From: an uncultured bacterium
GTDB lineage: Bacteria; Verrucomicrobiota; Verrucomicrobiia; CAIQCK01
Length of the DNA: 64,000 nucleotides
Direction of reading: 5' to 3'
NCBI GenBank assembly: GCA_903870275.1
Contig: CAIQCK010000103.1
Span: 3,819 to 67,818, forward strand
Position 1 is the first letter of the stretch. The number at the start of each line of letters is the position of its first letter. The notes below the pieces were generated by a model, which had not been told where the DNA came from, did no database searches, and saw only the letters and a list, made by a program, of their open reading frames with translations. Shown here in pieces: positions 1 to 9,503 of this stretch. The position numbers were made by a program, and so were the translations under genes.

Positions 1-132
1 TTGGAAGCCCGGGGCAAAACTGCCAGGCCAGCCGATCTGCCGGCCGACGACGCGCCGCCTGTCATCACGCTGCCCGCCACCCCGGCGTCAAAGACAAACG
101 CCTTGCCCAAGCGCAAGTAGCCGCGCGCCGCA

Positions 133-702
133 TTACAGTTTCACCGATGGCGCCTGCCGCTCAACAGCCGCTTCGATCTCGAAGAAATCCGCTGTCTGAA
201 ATCCGAAGGCGTTGGCGATGAATACCGACGGCACAGTCTGGCAGCGCGTGTTGTAGTCGCGGACGTTGGCGTTGTAGAACCGCCGCGCCGCCTGAAGGCG
301 GTCCTCCGTGTCCACCAGCGACTGCTGGAGATTCAAAAAGTTCTGGTTCGCTTTCAGTTCCGGATAGTTCTCCACCACCGCAAAGAGCGATTTCAGCGTG
401 CGCACCAGATTGTTCTCGTCCACCGCCTGGCTCGACGGCCGGCCTGTCGAGGCCACCGCCGCCGCGCGCGCCTGCGCCACCGCCTCGAACACACCGCGCT
501 CGTGCGCCGCGTAGCCGCGCACTGTCTCGACGAGGTTCGGGATCAGGTCGTAGCGCCGCTTCAACTCCGTGTCCACGTTCGCCCAGCTCTCGCGCACCAG
601 GTTGCGAAGCGACACAAGCTGGTTGTAGAGCGCCACGAAGATAAGCAGCGGCATCCCGAGAATGATCACCACGACGATGATGGGCAGGCAGTTGGCATTC
701 AT
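133..702 (-). CDS. LemA family membrane protein
   Basis: Translation from MNANCLPIIVVVIILGMPLLIFVALYNQL has an N-terminal transmembrane helix followed by the conserved LemA body (RNLVRESWANVDTELKRRYDLIPNLVETVRGYAAHERGVFEAV... YPELKANQNFLNLQ). The start was moved in from the track ORF to the ATG at 702, which overlaps the upstream gene's stop as ATGA. Confidence 0.8.
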   Translation of the reverse strand: MNANCLPIIVVVIILGMPLLIFVALYNQLVSLRNLVRESWANVDTELKRRYDLIPNLVETVRGYAAHERGVFEAVAQARAAAVASTGRPSSQAVDENNLVRTLKSLFAVVENYPELKANQNFLNLQQSLVDTEDRLQAARRFYNANVRDYNTRCQTVPSVFIANAFGFQTADFFEIEAAVERQAPSVKL

Positions 703-1418
703 GCTTGTGCTCGCTCGCGGAGTTTGTCGAACAGGTAGTGCGGCAATCCTTCGACGAGGCTGCGCGCCAGATCGAGCGCCGCCGCCATCGTTTCCGGTTC
801 CCACGTCCGCTCGTCGAAAATCAAGATGGCCGAGCCGTTAAATTCGATGTGCCGGAACGGGCTGGCCAGCAGCCGCTGCATTGTCTGCGCGTTGATGATG
901 TCGAAGGCGATCTCGCGGTTCTCGGCCTTCACGTGGAAGACGCGGTTGAACTCCGCGCTCTCAAACTCCAGGTCGTGAAAGCCGACGAGATGCGCGGCCT
1001 TGTCGAGGAAGTTTTCCGGCCGCAGCCAGATCGCCGGCACGGGGTAGCTCAACTCCACAATCCCCGCCGAGCAGTAGGTGGTGTGCTCCTGCCGCTCCAT
1101 GTTGCCCTTGCTGTCGGTGGTGTAAGTGACCGTGGTGTATTGGAAATCGCATGCGCAATAGTTGCGGCCCTCCACCGCGCCGCGGATCACGTTGGAGGCG
1201 TAGCTGGAGTCGCCGCGCTGGAACAGCTCGAACTGCGCGAACGTGCCGGGCACGCCGATCGGGTCTTCGCCGCTGAACGCCAGCCCGCGTGCCGCCGCCA
1301 GTTGCGCCAGCGCCTGCCGCCGTTCCTGCGCGCGCTTGGCCGACCACCACACCAAAAAACCAACCACCGCGCCGATGGCGAGTATGAAGAACCAGAATGT
1401 GTTGCCGTCGAAAGGCAC
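699..1418 (-). CDS. DUF3137-like membrane protein (LemA partner)
   Basis: 239-aa ORF with an N-terminal transmembrane helix (FWFFILAIGAVVGFLVWW) and a soluble domain. DUF3137-type proteins are frequently encoded next to lemA. Its stop overlaps the LemA start codon. Confidence 0.55.
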   Translation of the reverse strand: MPFDGNTFWFFILAIGAVVGFLVWWSAKRAQERRQALAQLAAARGLAFSGEDPIGVPGTFAQFELFQRGDSSYASNVIRGAVEGRNYCACDFQYTTVTYTTDSKGNMERQEHTTYCSAGIVELSYPVPAIWLRPENFLDKAAHLVGFHDLEFESAEFNRVFHVKAENREIAFDIINAQTMQRLLASPFRHIEFNGSAILIFDERTWEPETMAAALDLARSLVEGLPHYLFDKLRERAQA

Positions 1419-1443
1419 GACGAAGCTGTAGCAAGCCTTGGCG

Positions 1444-3777
1444 CTATTTGCGAACCGAAATCAGCGCAGGTGGCACCAGGTTTTTCAGCCCGATCAGCGA
1501 GAAAACGTAGAGCGCGGCGGCGATCACCAGCAGCCATTGGTAGCCAACCACCAGCGAGAGGTATTCGAGCAGTCCGCCCAGCACCGCGCCCGCAATGTTC
1601 GCGCCGAACGCCAGTTCGGGCGACTTCGAGTTCCGGAACGAGCAGGCGAAGATGACGCCGGCGAAAAGAATCGGCAGACACATGACCACCGCGGACTTGG
1701 CCACTCGCAGCGCGAAGGTGTCCGCCAGAAGCCAGTCGAGTGGGATGCAGAGGTTGACGGCAAGGGCGGCGGCGAGTCCCGCGTAGTAGGGCCACATGCG
1801 TTGCGGCCGCGCCAGCAGGACGTACAGATTCGCCGCCAGAATCATCGCGAGAATCGCCGCGAAGACGATGGAGTTGACCAGCCAGGTGGAACCGAACAAC
1901 TGCGCCGCCTGGGTCACGCTTTTTGTCTCGATCAACATAAAGCCGGCTCCGAGGAAGAAGAAGTGCGGATTGACGCCGCGCAGCGTGCGGACCGGCGCGA
2001 AGACGGCCAGCAAGCCGAGCGAGAGGCCAAGCATCAGCGCCAGCCCCCGCCAGTTGTGCGCCGGGATGCGCGGCTCGCGCAAATAGAGGAACGGCCAATC
2101 GTCCTCGGGCAGTTTCCAGGTTTGCGACTCGATCAGGCTGGCCGATTTGAGGCGCACCGCCTCGCCCTCCGGCGCCGGTCTGCCTGCCAAATCGGCGGTG
2201 GTTGCCGTGAAGCCGTTGAGGGTTCGGTGGAAGTTCGGGTCCTGGTTGAAGAACAGAAAACTTCCGTGCTCGCTGAATTGTTTGCGAATCGGGCTGAGCG
2301 CATCGAGACCGCCGCCCAGCAGCATCGCCATGTGCATTCCCTCGCTCTCACTGTCGCGAATCTCGTCGCGCGGCGGCAGTGAAAGCAGCAGCGGCTCGCA
2401 ACCGAAGCTGTCGCGCATCATCCGGTGCAACCGGGCCACAATCCAGCCCTGGCGGTAGAAGTTGTAGGCGGCAAACACGCCACCGGGCTTCAAGTGCCGC
2501 GCGACGTCCGCGAACGCCTGCCGGGTGAACAGGAAATTTTCCAACCGGATGCTGGAAAAGCTGGAGTGCAACGTCAGCGAGTCCACGAGCGCATAGACGA
2601 TCAGGTCGTATTTCCGGTCGGTCGTCCGCAGGAAGGAGCGGCCGTCGTCAATAATCAACCGCACGCGCGGGTCGTCGTAAGGCCGGTTTGGGTGATGCCG
2701 CCGGCCAAGCCGCGCAATGGCCGGATCAATCTCCACCGCGTCAATGTGCTCCGCCCCTTGCGCGAGTCCGTGGGCCACGTCGTTGCCCGACCCGGCGCCG
2801 ATCACCAGCACGTCTCGAATCGGCGGCAATCCGGCGTCACGCCTCAGCAGATACGGCAACGCGTAGGCCGTCGCCGCCTTGGTGCGGTCCACCATGCGCT
2901 GGTGCGACAAATCATTAACCGAGATGTCCTGCGTCTCCGGCGCGTAACGGATGGAATAATAAGGCGACCAGTGAAACACACACACCGTCCCGCGCCAGCC
3001 CGTCACGCCGATGGCCACCAGCACAACGGCCAGCAGCGCCGTGTTCGAGACGGTGAGCCGCCCCGACGCCCGCAGAAAATAAATCACGCACGCCATGCCG
3101 ACGGCGAACCAGGCCACGGGCGGCAGTTCGCAATACGCCATCGCCCCAAACGCCACGATGCCCGCCAGGCTGCCCGCGATGTTGATGGTGTAGGATTGGA
3201 TGCGATTCTCGATCGCGGCGAGCTTGTTTCCCAAAATCTGGCCGAGCGCCACGAACCACAACGCAATCAGCGTGAAAAAAACGCCCATCAGCAACTCGAC
3301 CGGGATGACCAGTTTCGCCGTCGCCGCTCCCGCGAGTTCGGTGCCGAAGTAAACGAGTTGCGGGCTGCGCTGGTTGCCGACATCCACGCCCGCCAGCCAC
3401 GCGCTGCCCACGGCTGCATAGACCGCCAGCGCCGCCGCGCAGGTCACGCCCATCAGCGTCGGCAGATATGGCAGCACTTTCCACCGGCCGTCGCACGCCA
3501 GACAGCCGACCGACATCCCGACGAACGCCGCCAGCAGCACCGTGTTGGTGAAGAACGTCAGCGAAAAAACGTAGGCGGGAAACCACCGGATCGCGGCCAG
3601 TTCCAAAAACAGGATGGCGAAGCTGATCAGAAACAAATCGAACTTCGGGCGCGCCGCCGCCGGCGCCGGCGATGGCCGTCCCCGCGCCGCGCGCTGGGCC
3701 GCCAGCCACGCCCCCAAGCCGATCATCGCACCGCCCACCAGCGCAAAACACCAAAACGCGTCGCTGTCAAAATCCAT
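1444..3777 (-). CDS. Polytopic membrane protein with spermidine-synthase-like (polyamine aminopropyltransferase family) methyltransferase-fold domain
   Basis: 777 aa. Many transmembrane helices at the N-terminus, then a central domain with VLVIGAGSGNDVAHGL ... DAVEIDP ... DLIV..D (a class-I SAM-binding fold typical of SpeE-like proteins), then further C-terminal transmembrane helices. Confidence 0.7.
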   Translation of the reverse strand: MDFDSDAFWCFALVGGAMIGLGAWLAAQRAARGRPSPAPAAARPKFDLFLISFAILFLELAAIRWFPAYVFSLTFFTNTVLLAAFVGMSVGCLACDGRWKVLPYLPTLMGVTCAAALAVYAAVGSAWLAGVDVGNQRSPQLVYFGTELAGAATAKLVIPVELLMGVFFTLIALWFVALGQILGNKLAAIENRIQSYTINIAGSLAGIVAFGAMAYCELPPVAWFAVGMACVIYFLRASGRLTVSNTALLAVVLVAIGVTGWRGTVCVFHWSPYYSIRYAPETQDISVNDLSHQRMVDRTKAATAYALPYLLRRDAGLPPIRDVLVIGAGSGNDVAHGLAQGAEHIDAVEIDPAIARLGRRHHPNRPYDDPRVRLIIDDGRSFLRTTDRKYDLIVYALVDSLTLHSSFSSIRLENFLFTRQAFADVARHLKPGGVFAAYNFYRQGWIVARLHRMMRDSFGCEPLLLSLPPRDEIRDSESEGMHMAMLLGGGLDALSPIRKQFSEHGSFLFFNQDPNFHRTLNGFTATTADLAGRPAPEGEAVRLKSASLIESQTWKLPEDDWPFLYLREPRIPAHNWRGLALMLGLSLGLLAVFAPVRTLRGVNPHFFFLGAGFMLIETKSVTQAAQLFGSTWLVNSIVFAAILAMILAANLYVLLARPQRMWPYYAGLAAALAVNLCIPLDWLLADTFALRVAKSAVVMCLPILFAGVIFACSFRNSKSPELAFGANIAGAVLGGLLEYLSLVVGYQWLLVIAAALYVFSLIGLKNLVPPALISVRK

Positions 3778-3844
3778 TCTGAACCTCTAGCAGGCTGCCG
3801 TGCCGATTGCGAATCGAAATCGCCGGTGATACTCTCCCGACGCT

Positions 3845-4375
3845 ATGGAGATTTTCGCCATCGGCCACTCGACCCAACCGCTGGAGGATTTCGTGGCGCT
3901 GCTCAAGGCGCATGGGATCGAAACCCTCGCCGACATTCGCACGGTGCCCAAGTCGCGCTACAACCCGCAGTTCAACCAGGACCGGCTCGCCCTCGAGTTG
4001 CCGCGCGTCGGCATCCGCTACGTTCACCTCAAGAACCTCGGCGGCCTGCGCCACGCCCGGCCCGACTCGCAAAACCTCGGCTGGGAGAACCCGGGCTTCC
4101 GCGGCTACGCCGACTACATGCAGACGGAGCCGTTTGCCGCGGGGTTGAACGAACTCATCGAGATGGGCGCGCAAAGCCGGACCTCCATCATGTGCGCCGA
4201 GGGCAACCCGGCGCGCTGCCATCGCAATCTGCTGGCGGACGCGCTCACCGTGCGCGGCGTGACCGTGCTGCACATCTCCAGCCCCAAAAGCGCCCATCCC
4301 CACAAGCTCACGCCGTTTGCCTGCGTCGAAGGCACGCGCGTGACCTATCCGGGTTCGCAACCCAATCTGCTCTGA
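3845..4375 (+). CDS. DUF488 family protein
   Basis: 176 aa, MEIFAIGHSTQPLEDFVALLKAHGIETLADIRTVPKSRYNPQFN... This is the characteristic DUF488 (MTH938-like) N-terminal motif. It is divergent from the upstream operon. Confidence 0.7.
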   Translation: MEIFAIGHSTQPLEDFVALLKAHGIETLADIRTVPKSRYNPQFNQDRLALELPRVGIRYVHLKNLGGLRHARPDSQNLGWENPGFRGYADYMQTEPFAAGLNELIEMGAQSRTSIMCAEGNPARCHRNLLADALTVRGVTVLHISSPKSAHPHKLTPFACVEGTRVTYPGSQPNLL

Positions 4376-4393
4376 CTTCGTCCATGTGTTTTT

Positions 4394-4490
4394 TAGTCGC
4401 CGACGTGTAGCCACCGACGCGTAGCCGCCGACGTGAGGAGGCGGAAAGGTCGTGACTGAAAAACATTCGCCTCCTTACGTCGGCGGCTAC
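4394..4490. repeat. Three tandem 14-bp repeats (TAGYCRCCGACGYG) running into a 23-bp-stem palindrome (GTAGCCGCCGACGTGAGGAGGCG ... CGCCTCCTTACGTCGGCGGCTAC, about 24-nt loop); dispersed-repeat family 1
   Basis: Direct repeats at 4394-4407, 4408-4421 and 4422-4435. Hairpin arms at 4421-4443 and 4468-4490, which are reverse complements apart from one G:U-compatible position. The same 24-mer arm recurs at 27010-27033. Confidence 0.55.
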
Positions 4491-4574
4491 GGTTCGTCCT
4501 CGTCTCGTGCTACGCGTGAAAAAACGGGGCCAGTCAAAAATCCGTGTTCCATCCGTGTTCCATCCGTGGCTAAT

Positions 4575-7142
4575 ATGCCGCCAGTGACAACGACACCTGA
4601 TCCCAGCCTGACGCCCATGATGCAGCAGTATCGCCGCATCAAGCGGGAAATCCCCGCCGACGCGCTGCTCTTGTTCCGGCTGGGCGATTTTTACGAGATG
4701 TTTTTCGACGACGCAAAGTCCGGCGCGCAGACGCTCAACCTCACCCTCACCCACCGCAACCACGTCCCGATGTGCGGCATCCCGCATCACGCCGCCGAGG
4801 GCTACATCAGCCGCCTCCTGCGCGCGGGCCGCAAGGTCGCCATCTGCGACCAGATGGAGGAGCCGCGCCCCGGCCAGCTCGTGAAACGCGAGATTTCCCA
4901 AATCCTCAGTCCCGGCGCGCACTTCGACGGCCGGATGCTCGACGCCTCCCGCAACAACTACCTCGCCGCGCTCAGCACCGACGGCAAACGCTTCGGCTTC
5001 GCCCTCGTGGACCTGACCACCGGCGACTTCAGGCTGACGGAGCTGGACTCCGCCGAATTGCTCGCGCACGAACTGACGCGCACGCGGCCCGCGGAGGTCG
5101 TCGCGCCGGCGGCCAAGGTCGAGGAGTTGTCGAAGCTGCTGACCGATTCCCGCGTGATGATCACCGGCCACGAGGACTGGGTGTTCGAAAACCAGACGGC
5201 GTTCTTCACGCTGCGCGACCATTTCAAGACGCAATCGCTCGACGGCTTCGGCTGCGCGGGGATGACGCTCGGCATCGGCGCGGGCGGCGCGGCGCTCTAC
5301 TATCTCCAGAACGTCCTCCGCCGAAACGTCAGCCACATCCGCCGCCTGCAAGTGTATCAAACCGCTGAGTTCCTGGTGCTCGACTCGATCTCGCAGCGGA
5401 ACCTCGAACTGGTCGAGCCGCTCCGCCCCGACGCGCCAAAGAACTCCACGCTCTTCGCCGCGCTCAACCGCACCGCCACAGCGATGGGCGCGCGGCTGTT
5501 GCGTGAGTGGATCACGCATCCGTTGCGCAACGCCGAGGCCATCCGCGCGCGGCAAAAGGTGGTCTTCGAGTTCCACGACATGACCGACGTGCTCGCGGAC
5601 TTTCGCGACCAGCTCAGCCTCGTGCGCGACCTGGAGCGAACGCTCGCCCGGCTCACCGCCGGCAGCGGCAACGCTCGCGACCTGCTCGGCCTGAAGGAAT
5701 CGCTCGCCGCCCTGCCCCTCTTGAAGAGCATCGTCGAGCCGCTCGCCTCGCCGCTGGCGCTGACGTTGCGCGGCTCCATCATCGAACTGCCCGACACGTG
5801 CGACCTTGTCCAACGCGCCATCACCGACGAGCCGCCGTTTACGCTCAGCGACGGCGGCGTCATCCGCGAAGGCTTCAGCCCGGAGCTGGACGAAATCCGC
5901 CGCGCGTCCAAGGAGGGCAAGGAGTGGATCGCCAAGCTCCAGCAGGACGAGATCGAGCGCACCGGCATTTCGTCGCTGAAGGTCCGCTACAACTCCGTCT
6001 TCGGCTACTTCATCGAGGTCACCAAGTCCAACCTCGCCAAGGTTCCCGACAACTACACCCGCAAACAGACCGTCGCCACCGGCGAGCGGTTCATCACGCC
6101 GGAGTTGAAGGAGGTCGAGGGCAAAATCCTCGGCGCGGACGAGCGCGCGGCGAAGCTGGAGGTGGAGTTGTTCCATCAGGTCCGCGCGAAGGTGCTGGAG
6201 CAGACCGCCGCCATCCAACAGACCGCCTCGGCCGTCGCCCACCTCGACGTGCTGGCCGGCTTCGCCGAACTGGCGCGGCACCAGAACTACCATTGTCCGG
6301 AGGTCAACGAGGAGGCGCGCATCGAGATCCGCGACGGCCGCCATCCGGTCGTCGAGCAGCTCATGACCGAAGAGCGGTTCGTGCCCAACGACACCGTCAT
6401 GAACGGCTCCGAGGCGCGCGTGCTGGTCATCACCGGCCCGAACATGGCCGGCAAGAGCACCTACATCCGGCAGGTGGCGCTCTTGGTGCTCATGGCGCAG
6501 ATCGGCTCGTGGATTCCCGCTGCCAAGGCCACCGTCGGCATCGTGGACCGCATCTTCACCCGCGTCGGCGCCAGCGACGACCTCGTGCGCGGCCAGAGCA
6601 CGTTCATGGTGGAGATGAACGAGACCGCCAACATCCTCAACAACGCCACCGCCAAGAGCCTCGTCATCCTCGACGAGATCGGCCGCGGCACCAGCACGTT
6701 CGACGGCCTCTCCATCGCGTGGTCGGTCGCCGAGCACCTGCACAACGAGGTCAAGGCCAAGACGCTCTTCGCCACGCACTATCACGAGCTGACCGAACTG
6801 GCCCGCACCTGTTCCGCCGTCAAGAACTACAACGTCGCCGTCCGCGAGTGGAGCGACCAGATCATCTTCATCCGCAAGATCGTCGAGGGCGGCACCGACA
6901 AGAGCTACGGCATCCACGTCGCCCGCCTCGCCGGCCTCCCCCGCCCCGTCATCGAGCGCGCCAAGGAAATCCTCCGCAACCTCGAGGAGAGCGAACTGAC
7001 CCCCGAAGGCCAGCCCAAGATCGCCCAGCACGAGCACGGCCGGGGGAAAGCCGGAACGCGAAAGGCGAAAGGCGGAACCAAGCCCGCCAAAGTCAGCGAG
7101 CCGCCCCCGCAGATGTTTTTGTTCGGGGATAAGGTGAAATGA
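4575..7142 (+). CDS. mutS: DNA mismatch repair protein MutS
   Basis: N-terminal MutS mismatch-binding motif (MMQQYRRIKREIPADALLLFRLGDFYEMFFDDA), Walker A (GPNMAGKSTYIRQ), DEIGRGTSTFDG, and TLFATHYHELT. The start was set at the ATG at 4575 (MPPVTT...), since the track ORF extends upstream through the palindromic repeat. Confidence 0.95.
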   Translation: MPPVTTTPDPSLTPMMQQYRRIKREIPADALLLFRLGDFYEMFFDDAKSGAQTLNLTLTHRNHVPMCGIPHHAAEGYISRLLRAGRKVAICDQMEEPRPGQLVKREISQILSPGAHFDGRMLDASRNNYLAALSTDGKRFGFALVDLTTGDFRLTELDSAELLAHELTRTRPAEVVAPAAKVEELSKLLTDSRVMITGHEDWVFENQTAFFTLRDHFKTQSLDGFGCAGMTLGIGAGGAALYYLQNVLRRNVSHIRRLQVYQTAEFLVLDSISQRNLELVEPLRPDAPKNSTLFAALNRTATAMGARLLREWITHPLRNAEAIRARQKVVFEFHDMTDVLADFRDQLSLVRDLERTLARLTAGSGNARDLLGLKESLAALPLLKSIVEPLASPLALTLRGSIIELPDTCDLVQRAITDEPPFTLSDGGVIREGFSPELDEIRRASKEGKEWIAKLQQDEIERTGISSLKVRYNSVFGYFIEVTKSNLAKVPDNYTRKQTVATGERFITPELKEVEGKILGADERAAKLEVELFHQVRAKVLEQTAAIQQTASAVAHLDVLAGFAELARHQNYHCPEVNEEARIEIRDGRHPVVEQLMTEERFVPNDTVMNGSEARVLVITGPNMAGKSTYIRQVALLVLMAQIGSWIPAAKATVGIVDRIFTRVGASDDLVRGQSTFMVEMNETANILNNATAKSLVILDEIGRGTSTFDGLSIAWSVAEHLHNEVKAKTLFATHYHELTELARTCSAVKNYNVAVREWSDQIIFIRKIVEGGTDKSYGIHVARLAGLPRPVIERAKEILRNLEESELTPEGQPKIAQHEHGRGKAGTRKAKGGTKPAKVSEPPPQMFLFGDKVK

Positions 7143-8236
7143 ATGCCGTAGGCAAGATTGGAATGTTCTGCCTTCTCTTGGCGGCAGTGGTTGTTTCTTT
7201 CCTTACGGGCTGTGCAATTGCGCGAGTGCCATATGACGTGACGGTGAAGTATGCAGAGGTTCGTGGTAACATGATTAAGGAGGAGTTCCACAAACAAGTC
7301 CCCTCAGAAATCAAGACATTTGAAGACCTAACCAAGCTGCTGGACGCCTACGACAAGTTCAAAGGCGTAAAGCAGATGAGCTTCGAAGAAAGCGTCTGGA
7401 CCGATGAGGCTCGCGAGGCCATTCGCGGTTTGGAATTCAATCATAACACTTCAGCAGTTTTCTTGGTCGAGATAGTTAGGCGAGAGTTCGATTGCGAAGA
7501 CTTTTGCAAATTCGCCGCGGAACACAGAAACGCAACTGTGGAGTTACTTGATCGCCTTGCAGATCACCCCAGAGAATCTGTTTGGCTTCAAGTCACCAAG
7601 AATTCGAACGTGACCACAGAACTGTTGCGAAAGATATATTTCAACCCAAAGTCTAATTTCTATGTTCGCGGTTACGCAGCTCACAATCCAAAGGCTCCGC
7701 CCGAAATCGTCACCGCTTTTCTTCAGGAAGCGATGTCGAACACGGATCCAAGAAAGAGATGCTGGGCTAGCGGTTTTCCACGCGCGTCGTTATCCTTAGG
7801 AGATTATTCAAAATTGTCGAAAGACCTCGACAAACGCGTTAGAGATGCGCTGGCTAGAAATCCATCAGCGCCAATCTCCATGCTGGAGTCACTTTCGGAA
7901 GATGCTGACCCATATGTGAGCCGGCACGCCCGCGAAACAATTCAAAAGGTGAAGACAAATCACTTCACAAAGAAGGCTCAAGATTTTGTTTGCAGCAACA
8001 AAACGGTTCTTAATCTGATCGGCTCGGTGCCAGAATTTCACCAATTCGATACCAGTTCCTCTAAAGAGCCGTGCCCCGACGGCGGATTTGCGGGACACAC
8101 CTACTTCAGAGTAGAGACACCATCAGCGCACAAAGGCTGTTTGATCAAGATTAGTTGGCGATCCAAAGATTGCGAAGACGACTTCCAACCATTGGAAATT
8201 CAGGCAAACAGCAAAGTGATTTGGAAGACGCAATAA
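7139..8236 (+). CDS. Lipoprotein with LRV-type (leucine-rich repeat variant / HEAT-like) repeats; compositionally atypical (low GC)
   Basis: Signal peptide with lipobox (MFCLLLAAVVVSFLTGC). C-terminal repeats of the form NPxAPPEIVTAFL...D...VR..A.NP.AP. GC is visibly lower (about 48%) than the flanking genes (about 65%). The ATG overlaps the mutS stop as ATGA. Confidence 0.6.
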   Translation: MNAVGKIGMFCLLLAAVVVSFLTGCAIARVPYDVTVKYAEVRGNMIKEEFHKQVPSEIKTFEDLTKLLDAYDKFKGVKQMSFEESVWTDEAREAIRGLEFNHNTSAVFLVEIVRREFDCEDFCKFAAEHRNATVELLDRLADHPRESVWLQVTKNSNVTTELLRKIYFNPKSNFYVRGYAAHNPKAPPEIVTAFLQEAMSNTDPRKRCWASGFPRASLSLGDYSKLSKDLDKRVRDALARNPSAPISMLESLSEDADPYVSRHARETIQKVKTNHFTKKAQDFVCSNKTVLNLIGSVPEFHQFDTSSSKEPCPDGGFAGHTYFRVETPSAHKGCLIKISWRSKDCEDDFQPLEIQANSKVIWKTQ

Positions 8237-8259
8237 TCTTCCACAAAATTCCTCACCCC

Positions 8260-9405
8260 ATGCTTATGAAACGAATCACCGCCACCACGGTCGCGCTTTG
8301 GTTCCTGACCTCCGTGCTGTCAGCCTCGGACGGGACGGCGCCGACCGATGTGCCGCAGATTCCGCTGTGCATGATCGGCGACAGCATTACCTGGGCGGGC
8401 GAAGGCGATTACTGGCGGCAGGATCTCCTGGAGCAGCTTCCCGCGCTGGCTTTTGTCGGCACGCACACGGCCAAGCTCGGCTACAGCCACGCGGGCGAAG
8501 GCGGCAACGGCACGCGGGCCGTGCTCGCGCGCCTCGGCGATATCCCGGATTGTCCATACTACTCGCTGCACATCGGCACCAACGACAACAACCTCAAGGA
8601 CGCGTCCGCCATCGAGTCGCACGCCGCCGCCACCGCGGACCGCATCGTCGCCATCGTGCAGGGGCTGTTGAAGAAGCCGTCGGTGCGAAAGGTGTTCCTG
8701 TGCAGCATTCTCCCCTGCCAGACGGACAACCCGTTGCGGGACCGGACCAACGCCGCGACCAACGTGGTGTTGCGACAGAAGATGGCGGCGTTTCCCAAGG
8801 ACAAGGTGGTTTGGGTGGAACTGGAGAAGCCCGTCCGCGCCATCGAGAACTGGGGTCCGATGATCAAGCTGCACCCGACGCAGGAAGGATACAAGGTGAT
8901 GGGGAAGCTGCTGGCCGATGCCATCGCCGCGGCCCTCGGCGTGCAGGATCGCGCCGCCGTGCCGAAACCGCGGCCCGGTTGCGGCGTGCGGGTGGAGAAT
9001 CTTTGGGACGGCGGCGGCAACGGTCGCACGCGTGCGCCGATCATCGCCGGCTGGTATACGGCGTCGTTCGACGTGGTGCGCGCGGCCGGGCCGAAGGCCA
9101 CGGTGACGATCCGCGGCGAACTTCCGCCCGCAAAGGACCCCAAAACCGTGCAGCACGCATTCAACCAGTCATTCCCCGTGGCCTCCGGGGACGCCGGCAA
9201 GCGCGTCACGGTCAACTTCTTCACGGAACACGAGGGCTACAAATACACGCGCTCGCCGTTGGCGTTGACGGCCTCCGGATGCGAGATCACGAAAATCCTG
9301 GTCGAGAAGCGGCGGCCATCCGGCAAAGCCTCCACCTACGGCCAAGGCTCGTATGTGGACACCGCGACCGCACCCCTGCCCGGCGAACTTGTGGAACGAC
9401 CGTAA
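8260..9405 (+). CDS. Secreted SGNH/GDSL-family hydrolase with C-terminal extra domain
   Basis: Signal peptide (MLMKRITATTVALWFLTSVLSA). SGNH blocks: GDSIT (block I), GEGGNGT (block II), GTNDN (block III), LHPTQEGY (block V, Asp/His). An extension of about 130 aa follows. The start was moved to the internal ATG at 8260. Confidence 0.75.
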   Translation: MLMKRITATTVALWFLTSVLSASDGTAPTDVPQIPLCMIGDSITWAGEGDYWRQDLLEQLPALAFVGTHTAKLGYSHAGEGGNGTRAVLARLGDIPDCPYYSLHIGTNDNNLKDASAIESHAAATADRIVAIVQGLLKKPSVRKVFLCSILPCQTDNPLRDRTNAATNVVLRQKMAAFPKDKVVWVELEKPVRAIENWGPMIKLHPTQEGYKVMGKLLADAIAAALGVQDRAAVPKPRPGCGVRVENLWDGGGNGRTRAPIIAGWYTASFDVVRAAGPKATVTIRGELPPAKDPKTVQHAFNQSFPVASGDAGKRVTVNFFTEHEGYKYTRSPLALTASGCEITKILVEKRRPSGKASTYGQGSYVDTATAPLPGELVERP

Positions 9406-9503
9406 ACGCTGGCGACAGATTTACCCGGCGCTGATAGAAATCTCTGCAAAAGCCGTTGTCCACACTGTAGCGGCGGTCCCATGAAAATAATAGCAAGTTT
9501 CTC

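Noticed and set aside
1-118. Possible 3' end of a plus-strand gene (...ALPKRK*)
   Set aside because: Only 39 codons are in the window with no recognisable motif. Cannot be supported.
2425-4410. 661-aa ORF on the plus strand
   Set aside because: It runs antisense through the spermidine-synthase-like gene and across the DUF488 gene in another frame. The translation is Arg/Pro/Gln-rich low complexity typical of high-GC antisense frames, with no motifs.
4308-7037. 909-aa minus-strand ORF
   Set aside because: Antisense to mutS, whose motifs are unambiguous. Its composition is a GC-frame artefact.
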